DNA of 64,000 bases from positions 41,821-105,820 of the forward strand of contig JAJEGI010000103.1 in assembly GCA_022819945.1 (NCBI GenBank), given 5' to 3'. Shown one piece after another: positions 26,116-34,812 of this stretch (position 1 is its first letter; each line of letters begins with the position of its first letter). Below the pieces are notes generated by a model that searched no databases, was not told the origin of the DNA, and worked only from the letters and a program-made list of their open reading frames with translations. Source of the stretch: Candidatus Poribacteria bacterium. Lineage in GTDB: Bacteria > Poribacteria > WGA-4E > WGA-3G. A program made the translations under genes and the position numbers.

Positions 26116-26481
26116 ATGCAATTATCCCCGAAAGAACTTCAAGAGATAACGACAGTTGAGAAACCTTGGGGTGGCTTCATACAATATGTGCTTAATCAAC
26201 CTGTCACCGTCAAAATCTTAGAGATTCGGGCAGGGGAACAGGTGAGTTATCAGTACCACCACCAGCGGAGTGAGTTATGGATTCCGCTTGATGAAGGGGC
26301 TTGCTTGAAACTTGATGGCGAGATTCAGCGTCCTAAACCGATGGAGCCTGTGTTTATTCCACAAGGCGCGAAACATCAACTCATCGGTGAATCTAAAGAC
26401 TATCGGATCCTCGAAATCTCGTTCGGACACTTTGATGAAGAAGATATCGTTCGCCTTTCGGATAAGTATGGCAGAATTTAG
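26116..26481 (+). CDS. cupin-domain protein, type II phosphomannose isomerase C-terminal-like
   Basis: EKPWGGF...KILEI..GE.VSYQYHHQRSELW...IP.GAKHQL. ATG at 26116 follows GGAGAAGAG. Confidence 0.75.
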   Translation: MQLSPKELQEITTVEKPWGGFIQYVLNQPVTVKILEIRAGEQVSYQYHHQRSELWIPLDEGACLKLDGEIQRPKPMEPVFIPQGAKHQLIGESKDYRILEISFGHFDEEDIVRLSDKYGRI

Positions 26482-27908
26482 TGGAAAGAGGTTTTTTGTT
26501 GGATAGAAAGCTTTGTTTCTCAATTGATAACAAGACATCAGATTTTGTTTCCGAATCCCCACCCGTTACGGGGGCAGTTGATGTTAATCTGCAGAAGATT
26601 CACGCGCAATTTGCGGAAGAGGCATCAGCACCCCTTGCCGAGTTAGAACAAGGACTTCGCGCTTGGACCCGCAGCCATCTCCAAGATGCCGATATTGATA
26701 AAGTTATAGCGTTAGCCACGCGTGCCCGTGAAGAATTTTCAGTATTGGTCATCATCGGTATAGGCGGCTCTGATCTGAGTGCACGTGTTTTTCACGATTC
26801 TTTCAACCATCCGTATCATAACTTACGCTCCGTTGAAAATCGGGCTGGCGCGCCAGAAGTCTATTTCACAGGTGATACCTTCGATCCACGCAAACTCGTA
26901 GGTTTACTTGAGATGCTCAAAGCGCGGAATCTATTACAGAAAACGCTTTTCAATGTCATCAGCAAATCCGGCACAACGACCGAGACGATGGCGACACTGA
27001 TGATTATCCGCGAAACACTCGGCGATGGAAACTGGCAGCGACAGGTGCTCGCGACGACCGGACTCACCGCTGATAGCGTACTGTTCCGAATGCATGAAAA
27101 ATGTCCGTTCTACGGTGGCACACTACTTCCTGTTCCCGATGGTGTCGGCGGACGATTTTCAGCGTTTTCTCCAGTCGGTCTGTTCTTTCTCGCTATGACG
27201 GCAGGAAAAAATGAAACCTCGGAAACCCGGATCCGTACTGCATTGGAAGGCGTGCAGCAGGCGCATGAAGATTTTTACCGCCCGTGCAACCATCAAGGCA
27301 ACGTCGCCTATCACCTTGCACGATGGATACATCTCGCTGAAGTCGTTGGCGGCAAAAGTTCGATAGTTTTCTATAACTATGCCGACAATAGCTGCCTCGG
27401 TGAGTGGTTTGTGCAGCTGTGTACGGAATCTATTCAAGAGCGTGGCACGGGTCCAAACGTTATAAATGCCAAAGGCCCTACGAGTAATCACTCAATCCTC
27501 AACGGTATCATCGCCGGTCCGAAAGATAAAGTCGTCCTATTTATCCATTGGGGGGAACTTGGAACCGATTTAGTGCTACCGAAGGATACTGAAATGGATA
27601 GGAAGTTGACCGATTTTGAAGGGTTATCCATGACGCACATGCAGACTGCCTCCTATCGCGGCACCGCCTTGGATTTTAGCGAGAACGGGGTCCCCAATGC
27701 AACACTAACCCTCCCAAGACGGGACATCCCATCCGTTTGTCGGTTAATGCGTGTTTTGATGGATACCATCGCTGTAAAAGGCAGGCTCCAAGATTTACAC
27801 CTTGACAACGATGGTGGAAATGAGTTAACATATCGCCAAGATGGTGTTGAAGGCTATAAACGGAATTTCCGATCTTTTGCTTTGGCACCAGATGTAGGCG
27901 ATCCGTAG
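26481..27908 (+). CDS. pgi: glucose-6-phosphate isomerase
   Basis: IIGIGGSDLSARV and ISKSGTTTET SIS-domain motifs. The start codon is uncertain. Confidence 0.8.
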   Translation: MERGFLLDRKLCFSIDNKTSDFVSESPPVTGAVDVNLQKIHAQFAEEASAPLAELEQGLRAWTRSHLQDADIDKVIALATRAREEFSVLVIIGIGGSDLSARVFHDSFNHPYHNLRSVENRAGAPEVYFTGDTFDPRKLVGLLEMLKARNLLQKTLFNVISKSGTTTETMATLMIIRETLGDGNWQRQVLATTGLTADSVLFRMHEKCPFYGGTLLPVPDGVGGRFSAFSPVGLFFLAMTAGKNETSETRIRTALEGVQQAHEDFYRPCNHQGNVAYHLARWIHLAEVVGGKSSIVFYNYADNSCLGEWFVQLCTESIQERGTGPNVINAKGPTSNHSILNGIIAGPKDKVVLFIHWGELGTDLVLPKDTEMDRKLTDFEGLSMTHMQTASYRGTALDFSENGVPNATLTLPRRDIPSVCRLMRVLMDTIAVKGRLQDLHLDNDGGNELTYRQDGVEGYKRNFRSFALAPDVGDP

Positions 27909-27918
27909 ACGGTTAGCG

Positions 27919-29982
27919 GTGACAAAGATGAAAAATAGACTCTCCGCTTTAAAGTTTCATGACAAAATATTTATTGCTTACGGTTTTGTCTTCCTCGTCA
28001 TGTTTGGTGTTGTTTTTGGCAGTACCAGTTTCCTAATCCGGCTTGCGTTTAAAAGGGAAATTGATGCTTATGTTGAAACGCTTCAAGGCAAGATTTCAAA
28101 CAACTACCAAGTCCTCCTTAACAAAGTTCAAAAGGAGGTTCACGCCACAGCCGCTGACGAAAGACTACATCGCGTCTTCGCACGCGGGGAGTTATCTTTC
28201 CATTATCAGCCAACACCCGAATTTGATCTCTTTGAATATGGAAGTCCAGAGGGAGAACTTCTATATCCTGACTCGGGCGGATGGAGAAGCACGCGGACAT
28301 ACCGTTCTTTGGACAACCAAGAAGAGCATATAGAACTCAGAAGTATTCCACAACAGCACGATCTCGGATTACAGTTTGTCGTCCAAAGAACAGAAGCCGG
28401 TGAATGGGGGTTCGTTACAGGTGGCTACAACTTACAAAAATGGCTGGAGACAACAACGGATATCCAGTCAGACGAGCATCCGATCTTCCTTGTGGGCAAG
28501 CTGCAAACGTCGAGTGCCGCCGGCTTCAGCACTGAATCGAAAATGCTGGAACCAGTGGATTGGCTTCCGTTGAACAATGCTGCCCGACAAGTACCTCTTG
28601 ATGAATGGTCGCAATCGTTTTCCGATCCGAAACCGCAACAGAAAGTCTTTTTACAAGGTTCAGAAGAGACCGGTGGAAGTACTTATACCGCTTCTCGGGT
28701 AACACCGTTCCGCTCAGCCTTCGCGACGACACGTGAGGCACCACCTGTTGACCTGGTTATAGCATATTCGCATGAGCGACAGATGAGATGGCAACAGCAA
28801 CTCACGCTCATACTGCTTCTAAGTGGGGTCGTTGGGTTGGTGTTGGTTTATCTCATTAGTTACATTATCAGTCGGCGGATTACCCGTCCGATCGCGTTCC
28901 TCCGCCGAGGGGTTGATCACATTGCTGCGGGTAATCTTGATCATCGCGTTGTCATCCAATCGCACAACGAGATAGGACAGCTTGCGGAAGGATTCAACCA
29001 GATGGCGCGAGACCTGAAGTTGAGTTTAGAGGAGCGCATGGCAGCCGAGCGTGCAGCGACATGGCGAGATGTCGCACGGCAGGTGGCACACGAAATCAAA
29101 AATCCGCTTTTTCCGATTCGATTGTCTGTTGAAAACCTGCAACAAGCGAAATCTAAACCCGAAGTTTTTGAACAAATATTTAGTGAGTGTACAGACACCG
29201 TCATTGAGGAAGTGGATCGTATAGGAAAGTTAATAGATGAATTCCATCAATTTGCGCGGATGCCCAAACCCCAAAGGAAACCGAGTGATCTGAATAGTAT
29301 TGTGAAATCTGTCCTGACATTATACACCGGTGGTCAAGGAACGGATCTGAATAAAGAAGATGACGTTGCAGTAGAGATTTCGGAGCATGAGGACTCGGCA
29401 GTGTCGAATGCTGCTGAGCAATTGTGGCTTGAAAATATTTCCAAAATTAAAGTTGAGACAGCGTTGAAATCGATTCCGCAACTTTTTCTTGATCCCGAAC
29501 AAATCGCGCAGGCACTCGGGAATCTCCTAAAAAACGCAATTGAAGCGATGCCAGATGGTGGTACACTTACAGTGAAAACCTATTTCGTCCCAGAATCACC
29601 ACAAGAGGAGCCACGGAACGACAAAAATAGTGAAGAGGGAGCAGAGATAAAACCGGAAACCCACGGCACGGTTTTATTGGAAATCCAGGATACCGGTCAC
29701 GGTATGTCCGATGAAACCATGGAAAACCTCTTTGTCCCTTATTATACAACAAAGTCGGAAACAGATGGAACCGGGCTTGGGCTGCCAATAGTCAGAAGAA
29801 TTGTCGCCGAGCATGGTGCCGAAATTGATTTTCACAGCACCGAAGGCATAGGCACAACCGTTCGTATCCATTTTCCGCGCAACCAAGGCGAGCAATCCGA
29901 AGACGTTGCTATGGTGCCGCAAGATTTGATGCCACTAACTCGTTTGAAAACTAAAGAGAAAGCGATAGACGCTCAAGAGTAG
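27919..29982 (+). CDS. sensor histidine kinase (two TM segments, HAMP, HisKA, HATPase_c), NtrY/AtoS-like
   Basis: HAMP (RPIAFLRRGVDHIAAGNLDHRV), H-box (VAHEIKNPLFPI), N-box (LLKNAIEAM), G-boxes (DTGHGM, GTGLGL). Confidence 0.9.
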   Translation: MTKMKNRLSALKFHDKIFIAYGFVFLVMFGVVFGSTSFLIRLAFKREIDAYVETLQGKISNNYQVLLNKVQKEVHATAADERLHRVFARGELSFHYQPTPEFDLFEYGSPEGELLYPDSGGWRSTRTYRSLDNQEEHIELRSIPQQHDLGLQFVVQRTEAGEWGFVTGGYNLQKWLETTTDIQSDEHPIFLVGKLQTSSAAGFSTESKMLEPVDWLPLNNAARQVPLDEWSQSFSDPKPQQKVFLQGSEETGGSTYTASRVTPFRSAFATTREAPPVDLVIAYSHERQMRWQQQLTLILLLSGVVGLVLVYLISYIISRRITRPIAFLRRGVDHIAAGNLDHRVVIQSHNEIGQLAEGFNQMARDLKLSLEERMAAERAATWRDVARQVAHEIKNPLFPIRLSVENLQQAKSKPEVFEQIFSECTDTVIEEVDRIGKLIDEFHQFARMPKPQRKPSDLNSIVKSVLTLYTGGQGTDLNKEDDVAVEISEHEDSAVSNAAEQLWLENISKIKVETALKSIPQLFLDPEQIAQALGNLLKNAIEAMPDGGTLTVKTYFVPESPQEEPRNDKNSEEGAEIKPETHGTVLLEIQDTGHGMSDETMENLFVPYYTTKSETDGTGLGLPIVRRIVAEHGAEIDFHSTEGIGTTVRIHFPRNQGEQSEDVAMVPQDLMPLTRLKTKEKAIDAQE

Positions 29983-30150
29983 ACGTATCTATCCTTGAAA
30001 AAATACGACTTACGCAGCCCCACTGCAGGCGGGGTTTGAAACCCTGAAGAAATCCCCAAGCAAAAACCCTGCAGAATGCGTCGCACATCCATTATCATGG
30101 AAAAATGCGTAAGTCCTAAAAAATAAAGTACTTTGAGATAGGACAAAAGA

Positions 30151-31578
30151 ATGGAAACAATTCTGATTGTAGACGACGAAAAAAATATCCTTAAGATGTT
30201 ATCACTGGGACTCAACATGCGTGGGTATCAAACCCTAACGGCTGCAAGTGGTGAAGATGCGTTGCAACTGGCAGTGAAATCCGATATTGATCTTGTCCTA
30301 TTGGATATCCGTATGGAAAATGGTATGGATGGTGTCCAAACGCTTGTAAAACTCCGTGAACGCTACCCCGAATTGAACGTCGTCATGATGTCTGCGCAGC
30401 AGGATATTGAAATCGCCACTAAAACGATGGAACTCGGCGCGAAACGGTACATCACGAAACCCATCGATATCGATAAAATTCTATCCAACGTCGAACCGTT
30501 TTTGGAAATATCGCGTTTATCCCAAGAAAACGAAATTCTGAAATCTCAAATTACACCAACTGATGAGATGGTTGGTGAGAGTGCCGCTATCTCGCATCTC
30601 CGCTCACAAATTGATCGGGTCGCAGGGAGTAAACTCGGGGTTTTAATCTCTGGCGAAAATGGTACCGGTAAACAGCTTGTTGCTAACGCTATCCATCACC
30701 AGAGTGACCGTGTCTCGAAAACCTTTATTCCACTCAACTGCGCCGCTTTGCCCGATGAACTCATTGAAAGCGAACTTTTCGGACATGAACGCGGTGCTTT
30801 TACGGGGGCCGATTCCCGAAGACAAGGACGCTTTGAACTTGCAGACGGTGGAACCCTTTTTCTTGACGAAATTGGCGATATGAGTTTGAAGGCGCAAGCG
30901 AAGGTCCTCCGGGTTCTTGAGACAGGCGAAGTCGAACGCCTCGGTGGCAATCAGATTCGGACGGTAGATGTCCGAATTATCGCTGCTACTAATAAAAATC
31001 TTCCTGAAGAAATTGAGAATGGACGGTTCCGAAGGGATCTCTTCTATCGGCTCAATGTTGTGCCGATCGCGATCCCGCCGCTTCGGGAACGGACGGAGGA
31101 TATTCCGTTGTTAGTTAAGTATTTCGCCGAGCGTTTACAACTCAATATGGGGTCCACCCCGAAAGTCATTGATCCGGGGGCTTACGCTGTGTTTCAAAGT
31201 TACGGTTGGCCCGGGAACATCCGGGAGTTAAAGAACATCGTTGAACGCCTCCTGATTATGGTGAATCGCGATGTTGTCATGGCACCCGATGTTGCAGAGG
31301 CTTTGGCTTTGGTGCCGCAAGCCGCTACTTCACATTACCTGTCCAACACTAATTTGGATCAAGATCCCTTACAGTCCGCGCTGAGTACACCGCTCTACAA
31401 ACCCGGAACCGCCTTAAGTCAGATGATGGATGTTGCCGAGTCGGAGTGTATCCTTGCGGCTTTGGAAGAATATAACTGGAACATCCGACGCACTGCGGAG
31501 GCGTTAGAAGTCGAGCGGAGCAACTTGTACAAGAAAATGAACAAGTATGGGATTTCCCGTCCGAGTTCCGAGGGGTAG
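30151..31578 (+). CDS. sigma-54-dependent response regulator (REC, AAA+, Fis-type HTH), NtrC family
   Basis: REC domain (DLVLLDIRM), Walker A (GENGTGKQ), GAFTGA, RIIAATN. The C-terminal HTH contains RTAEALEVERSNLYKKM. Confidence 0.95.
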   Translation: METILIVDDEKNILKMLSLGLNMRGYQTLTAASGEDALQLAVKSDIDLVLLDIRMENGMDGVQTLVKLRERYPELNVVMMSAQQDIEIATKTMELGAKRYITKPIDIDKILSNVEPFLEISRLSQENEILKSQITPTDEMVGESAAISHLRSQIDRVAGSKLGVLISGENGTGKQLVANAIHHQSDRVSKTFIPLNCAALPDELIESELFGHERGAFTGADSRRQGRFELADGGTLFLDEIGDMSLKAQAKVLRVLETGEVERLGGNQIRTVDVRIIAATNKNLPEEIENGRFRRDLFYRLNVVPIAIPPLRERTEDIPLLVKYFAERLQLNMGSTPKVIDPGAYAVFQSYGWPGNIRELKNIVERLLIMVNRDVVMAPDVAEALALVPQAATSHYLSNTNLDQDPLQSALSTPLYKPGTALSQMMDVAESECILAALEEYNWNIRRTAEALEVERSNLYKKMNKYGISRPSSEG

Positions 31579-31602
31579 ATTTGTGGGGTATTTGGACTAA
31601 CG

Positions 31603-32037
31603 ATGCTACCGAAAAATATCAGCGAAAACGGCGGGATGACTCGCCTTCAACTGCTTATCCTTGTTATCATAGTTATTGTAATTGGGGTACTCTGCTTTCC
31701 ACCGTGGTTAGAATACCGTAAAGTCGGCACGGCGGATATAGATGTTGAAAGGATTGCCGTTGCTATCAAGAAATATCACAGGCACACGGGGAGTTATCCG
31801 ACGCGTTTAGATGCACTGGTGACCGACCCTGACATTGAGGGATGGCGCGGGAAGTATCTGGAATCTATCCCTGAAACACCCTGGGGCGGTCATTACGTTC
31901 TTCTTCAGGAGAGTTATAAGGTCGGAATAGCGAAAAATCACCCGCGCGCCCCCGAAAAATATCGAATTGGCGGTGTTGCAGAGATCAGTAGAGTCTATCA
32001 TGCAAACGCGCGCCTCGGAGAGAAGTATTGGTGGTAA
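31603..32037 (+). CDS. GspG-like pseudopilin with atypical prepilin leader
   Basis: Leader MLPKNISENGG, then MTRLQLLILVIIVIVIG. Globular part ...AIKKYHRHTGSYPTRLDALV..W.GKYL..IPETPWGGHYVL resembles T2SS-G. Confidence 0.65.
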   Translation: MLPKNISENGGMTRLQLLILVIIVIVIGVLCFPPWLEYRKVGTADIDVERIAVAIKKYHRHTGSYPTRLDALVTDPDIEGWRGKYLESIPETPWGGHYVLLQESYKVGIAKNHPRAPEKYRIGGVAEISRVYHANARLGEKYWW

Positions 32038-32127
32038 TTGGTTACCAGTGGCCAGTTAAGAGCGTTAATTTTTTATCCTATCACCTCTTTTACTGGTAAC
32101 TGAAAAACTGAAAACTAAGAAAAAAAT

Positions 32128-32916
32128 ATGTGGGTCTTTATTTTTCTTTTCGGTTTAGCAATCGGCAGTTTTCTTAATGTCTGTATCTATCGCATCCCTC
32201 GCGCAGACGTGTCTATTCATTCTCCACGCCGCTCTTTTTGCCCCACATGTAGTGAACCGATAAGTGCCTACGACAACATCCCCATTTTGAGTTACCTACT
32301 TTTGCGCGGAAAATGCCGGCAGTGCAGCGCGTCAATTTCAGTGCTGTATCCGTTAGTTGAACTGGCAACAGCAGGATTGTATCTCTTTCTATATTACCGC
32401 TTCGGGTTAACCCTTGAATTTCTGCTCGCGCTCGCTTTCATCACAGTCTTACTACCGATTTCCGTCATTGATGCACATCACTATATCATTCCAAACGTCC
32501 TCATTCTAACGGGATTAATTCTCGGTTTCGGTATCATCTGTGGGATTGCGTATCAACGCGCCGATGTCTGGTATCTCCTGATACGCCTGATCGGTGCCGT
32601 TGCCGGTGGCGGTGTGTTATGGTTGATTGCCGTGATTGGAAGCGCAGTCTTACGGAAAAAAGCGATGGGCGGCGGAGACATCAAGCTGATGGCACTCAAC
32701 GGACTGTTCCTCGGCGCATGGCCCGAACTCGCGATGGTGATTGCCTTTTCTGCATTCAGTGGTGCAGTCGTTGGAACCGTCCTTATTGTCTCTGGCATAA
32801 AAGATCGGCAAAGTCCAATCCCCTACGGTCCCTTTCTCGCAGGTGCCGCTGTGATTGTCCTGTTATGGGGGGATACCCTCTGGCGTATGTACTTGCAATC
32901 TGTTGGATGGAATTAA
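32128..32916 (+). CDS. prepilin peptidase (A24 family)
   Basis: FLNVCIYRIP, CPTC...CRQC zinc motif, GGGDIKL and PFGP-like (PYGPFL) motifs. Multiple TM helices. Confidence 0.9.
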   Translation: MWVFIFLFGLAIGSFLNVCIYRIPRADVSIHSPRRSFCPTCSEPISAYDNIPILSYLLLRGKCRQCSASISVLYPLVELATAGLYLFLYYRFGLTLEFLLALAFITVLLPISVIDAHHYIIPNVLILTGLILGFGIICGIAYQRADVWYLLIRLIGAVAGGGVLWLIAVIGSAVLRKKAMGGGDIKLMALNGLFLGAWPELAMVIAFSAFSGAVVGTVLIVSGIKDRQSPIPYGPFLAGAAVIVLLWGDTLWRMYLQSVGWN

Positions 32917-32988
32917 TTGCAGGAGGGATTTGTAATCCCGATCAGGCATACGCCGTGTGCCGTAGCCATCTAATACAATGGAGAAAAC

Positions 32989-33216
32989 ATGAAGACCTTT
33001 GGCATAATTACTTGTCTACTCATATTAGCCTTGAGCCAGCAGATTGTCCAGGCACAACAGCTGCAAGTTAAAGAAGAATCTGCTGAAGACTTTGTTAAAT
33101 TAGGGATGCCTTTGGAAGAAGCACTCACCCAAATTACTTTCATTATTACGTGGTTAAGCGGAGAAGGAAGTCAACTACCCAAGCCTAAAGACTTGGGCTT
33201 GTTAAGAGATCATTGA
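32989..33216 (+). CDS. small signal-peptide ORF whose 3' end runs into the IS right end
   Basis: MKTFGIITCLLILALSQQIVQA looks like a signal peptide. The last ~15 codons lie inside the TnpB element, so the ORF may be truncated or chimeric. Confidence 0.25.
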   Translation: MKTFGIITCLLILALSQQIVQAQQLQVKEESAEDFVKLGMPLEEALTQITFIITWLSGEGSQLPKPKDLGLLRDH

Positions 33217-33330
33217 ACAATAACAGTTGTTCAGCAGTCTCAAAGCCCGTGTCTCGTGCTTCGTTTGTGTTTCTCGTTTCATAGAGGGTGGTAACCCACC
33301 GCTCTCCACGAAAGGCAGCAGCTGCCTTAA
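33150..33330 (-). ncRNA. putative omega-RNA (reRNA) scaffold overlapping the tnpB 3' end and RE
   Basis: Position is inferred from the known TnpB architecture. Local hairpins gaacaa..ttgttc and cccaag..cttggg on the minus strand. No covariance model was run. Confidence 0.3.
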
Positions 33331-34710
33331 AAAGTATATTTACCGCAGCGTTGTGGTCTCGGTCTAAAGTCGTGCCACAAAACTGACAACTGAAAGTCCG
33401 CACCGATAGCGATAACTTTTTCGGGGCTTTCTGACCACAACTTGAGCAAGTTTGCGAGGTGTTCTTAGGATCGACTTGATGGAAGTGGAAACCGTCTCTT
33501 TCGGCTATGTTTCCAGCCCACTCAAAGAACTTTTCCCAAGACGCATCGGATATGCTCTTGCTGAGGTGTTTATTCCGAACTATGTTTGAAACGCTTAAAT
33601 CTTCAGCGATAAGAACGTTGTTTTCTTTATGATGATAGAGTTTGTAGACGAGTTTACCGATAAAGTCTTTGCGTTTGTTGGTAGTGCGTTCTTGGTGCAA
33701 GGCAGAGGCATGCACGGCTTTATACCAGCGTTTAGAGCCTTTTTTACGGCGTGCCATCGTCTGATTGTGTTTGTGGAGCAGCCCTTCGGCTTGACGATAC
33801 CAGCGGGGGTTATCTTCTTTTTCGCCTTCCGAAGTCGTTAGGTAGTGTGTGGTGCCAACGTCAACAGCGATCGCATGCGTCGGCTCAACTTTCGGAGTAT
33901 CTGGCAACTCACAGGTAATATGAGCATACCAACCAGATGCTTTTTTGACGAGCGTGACTTGTGTTGGATCCCCTTGAAGCGGGCGGTGCATGTATATTTT
34001 CACTTCGCCAAGTTTCGGCACTTTCAAACGGTCATGTTTCCATGCTGTTTCGCGGATCGGGTTTTCGCGAACACGTATGGTTTGTTTTTCAGTGTCTTTT
34101 GTTTTCCGACGAACAACTTTGGTATAGTTGCGAAGTTTCCACGTCATAGATTTAATCTGTTTGCGGTGTCTTGGATAGCCTTTTTTCGCAGTGCCGTTTT
34201 TACAACGTCGATAAAAACCATCAAACGCTTTATCCATGCGTTCTAAGGCACATACTTGCATATCTTGGGGAACAGCCCGAAAGTCCGAATATCTTTCACG
34301 CGCAATCGTCAACTTCTTTTGTTGCTCATTGCAAGAAATAGATTGACCTTCAGTCTCCCAAGCAACTTTGCGATCGTGGCGCGCAGAGTTCTGAAGTTCA
34401 CAAAGATGCTCAAGCCATATTAATAATGTTGTTTGTTGTGTCCGTGTCGGATACACAGGGTATCTAAAAGTCAGTTTCATGGTATATCGTGTATCGTGCG
34501 TTTATCCCCTTCTTAGTGGGAGGCAGACACATTACCAAGTGGTAACGCTAAGAATGTCTGCCAACACGATACTATAAGTATACCACAATTTCAGACCAAA
34601 GTCAACTGTTTTTTTAGGCGTTTGGTCTAATTCATGAGGGCGGATTTTCCTCCCAAAGATAAATCTTTGGGCTTCCAATCCGTAAACTTAGGTGAAGCCT
34701 GTAACACCTT
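33165..34710 (-). mobile_element. IS200/IS605-family element carrying only tnpB (approximate ends)
   Basis: Related subterminal hairpins at 33178-33205 (agcccaag..cttgggt) and 34658-34686 (cccaaagat..atctttggg). Extra nested hairpins at 34481-34590. No tnpA. Confidence 0.55.
33185..34480 (-). CDS. tnpB: RNA-guided endonuclease TnpB (IS1341/OrfB-type)
   Basis: RuvC triad contexts AIAVDVGTTHY (D), LIAEDLSVSN (E), LDRDHNAAVNI (D). Zinc ribbon CSSCG...CQFCG. Confidence 0.9.
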   Translation of the reverse strand: MKLTFRYPVYPTRTQQTTLLIWLEHLCELQNSARHDRKVAWETEGQSISCNEQQKKLTIARERYSDFRAVPQDMQVCALERMDKAFDGFYRRCKNGTAKKGYPRHRKQIKSMTWKLRNYTKVVRRKTKDTEKQTIRVRENPIRETAWKHDRLKVPKLGEVKIYMHRPLQGDPTQVTLVKKASGWYAHITCELPDTPKVEPTHAIAVDVGTTHYLTTSEGEKEDNPRWYRQAEGLLHKHNQTMARRKKGSKRWYKAVHASALHQERTTNKRKDFIGKLVYKLYHHKENNVLIAEDLSVSNIVRNKHLSKSISDASWEKFFEWAGNIAERDGFHFHQVDPKNTSQTCSSCGQKAPKKLSLSVRTFSCQFCGTTLDRDHNAAVNILFKAAAAFRGERWVTTLYETRNTNEARDTGFETAEQLLLFNDLLTSPSL

Positions 34711-34812
34711 AAATCTTTTATCAGATCCGGTGAACCCTTAGTTTGTAGCATAACCTGTTAGGTTGGGCAAACTCGAACCCTTTCAAAAATGGTATAACGC
34801 GAAGGAGAAAAT

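Noticed and set aside
31579-31602. Possible sigma-54 (-24/-12) promoter TGGactaacgaTGC upstream of the pseudopilin gene.
   Set aside because: GG-to-GC spacing is 9 nt rather than 10. The flanking bases do not match TGGCAC/TTGCW. The motif abuts the start codon with no room for a leader.
34690-34720. cctgtaacaccttaaatc resembles the 3' end of the FGE gene (tctgtaacacgttaaatc at 37285-37302), suggesting a remnant of a paralogous gene end next to the IS left end.
   Set aside because: Only about 18 nt are similar. The upstream sequence does not keep an FGE-like reading frame. It could be chance or part of the IS end.
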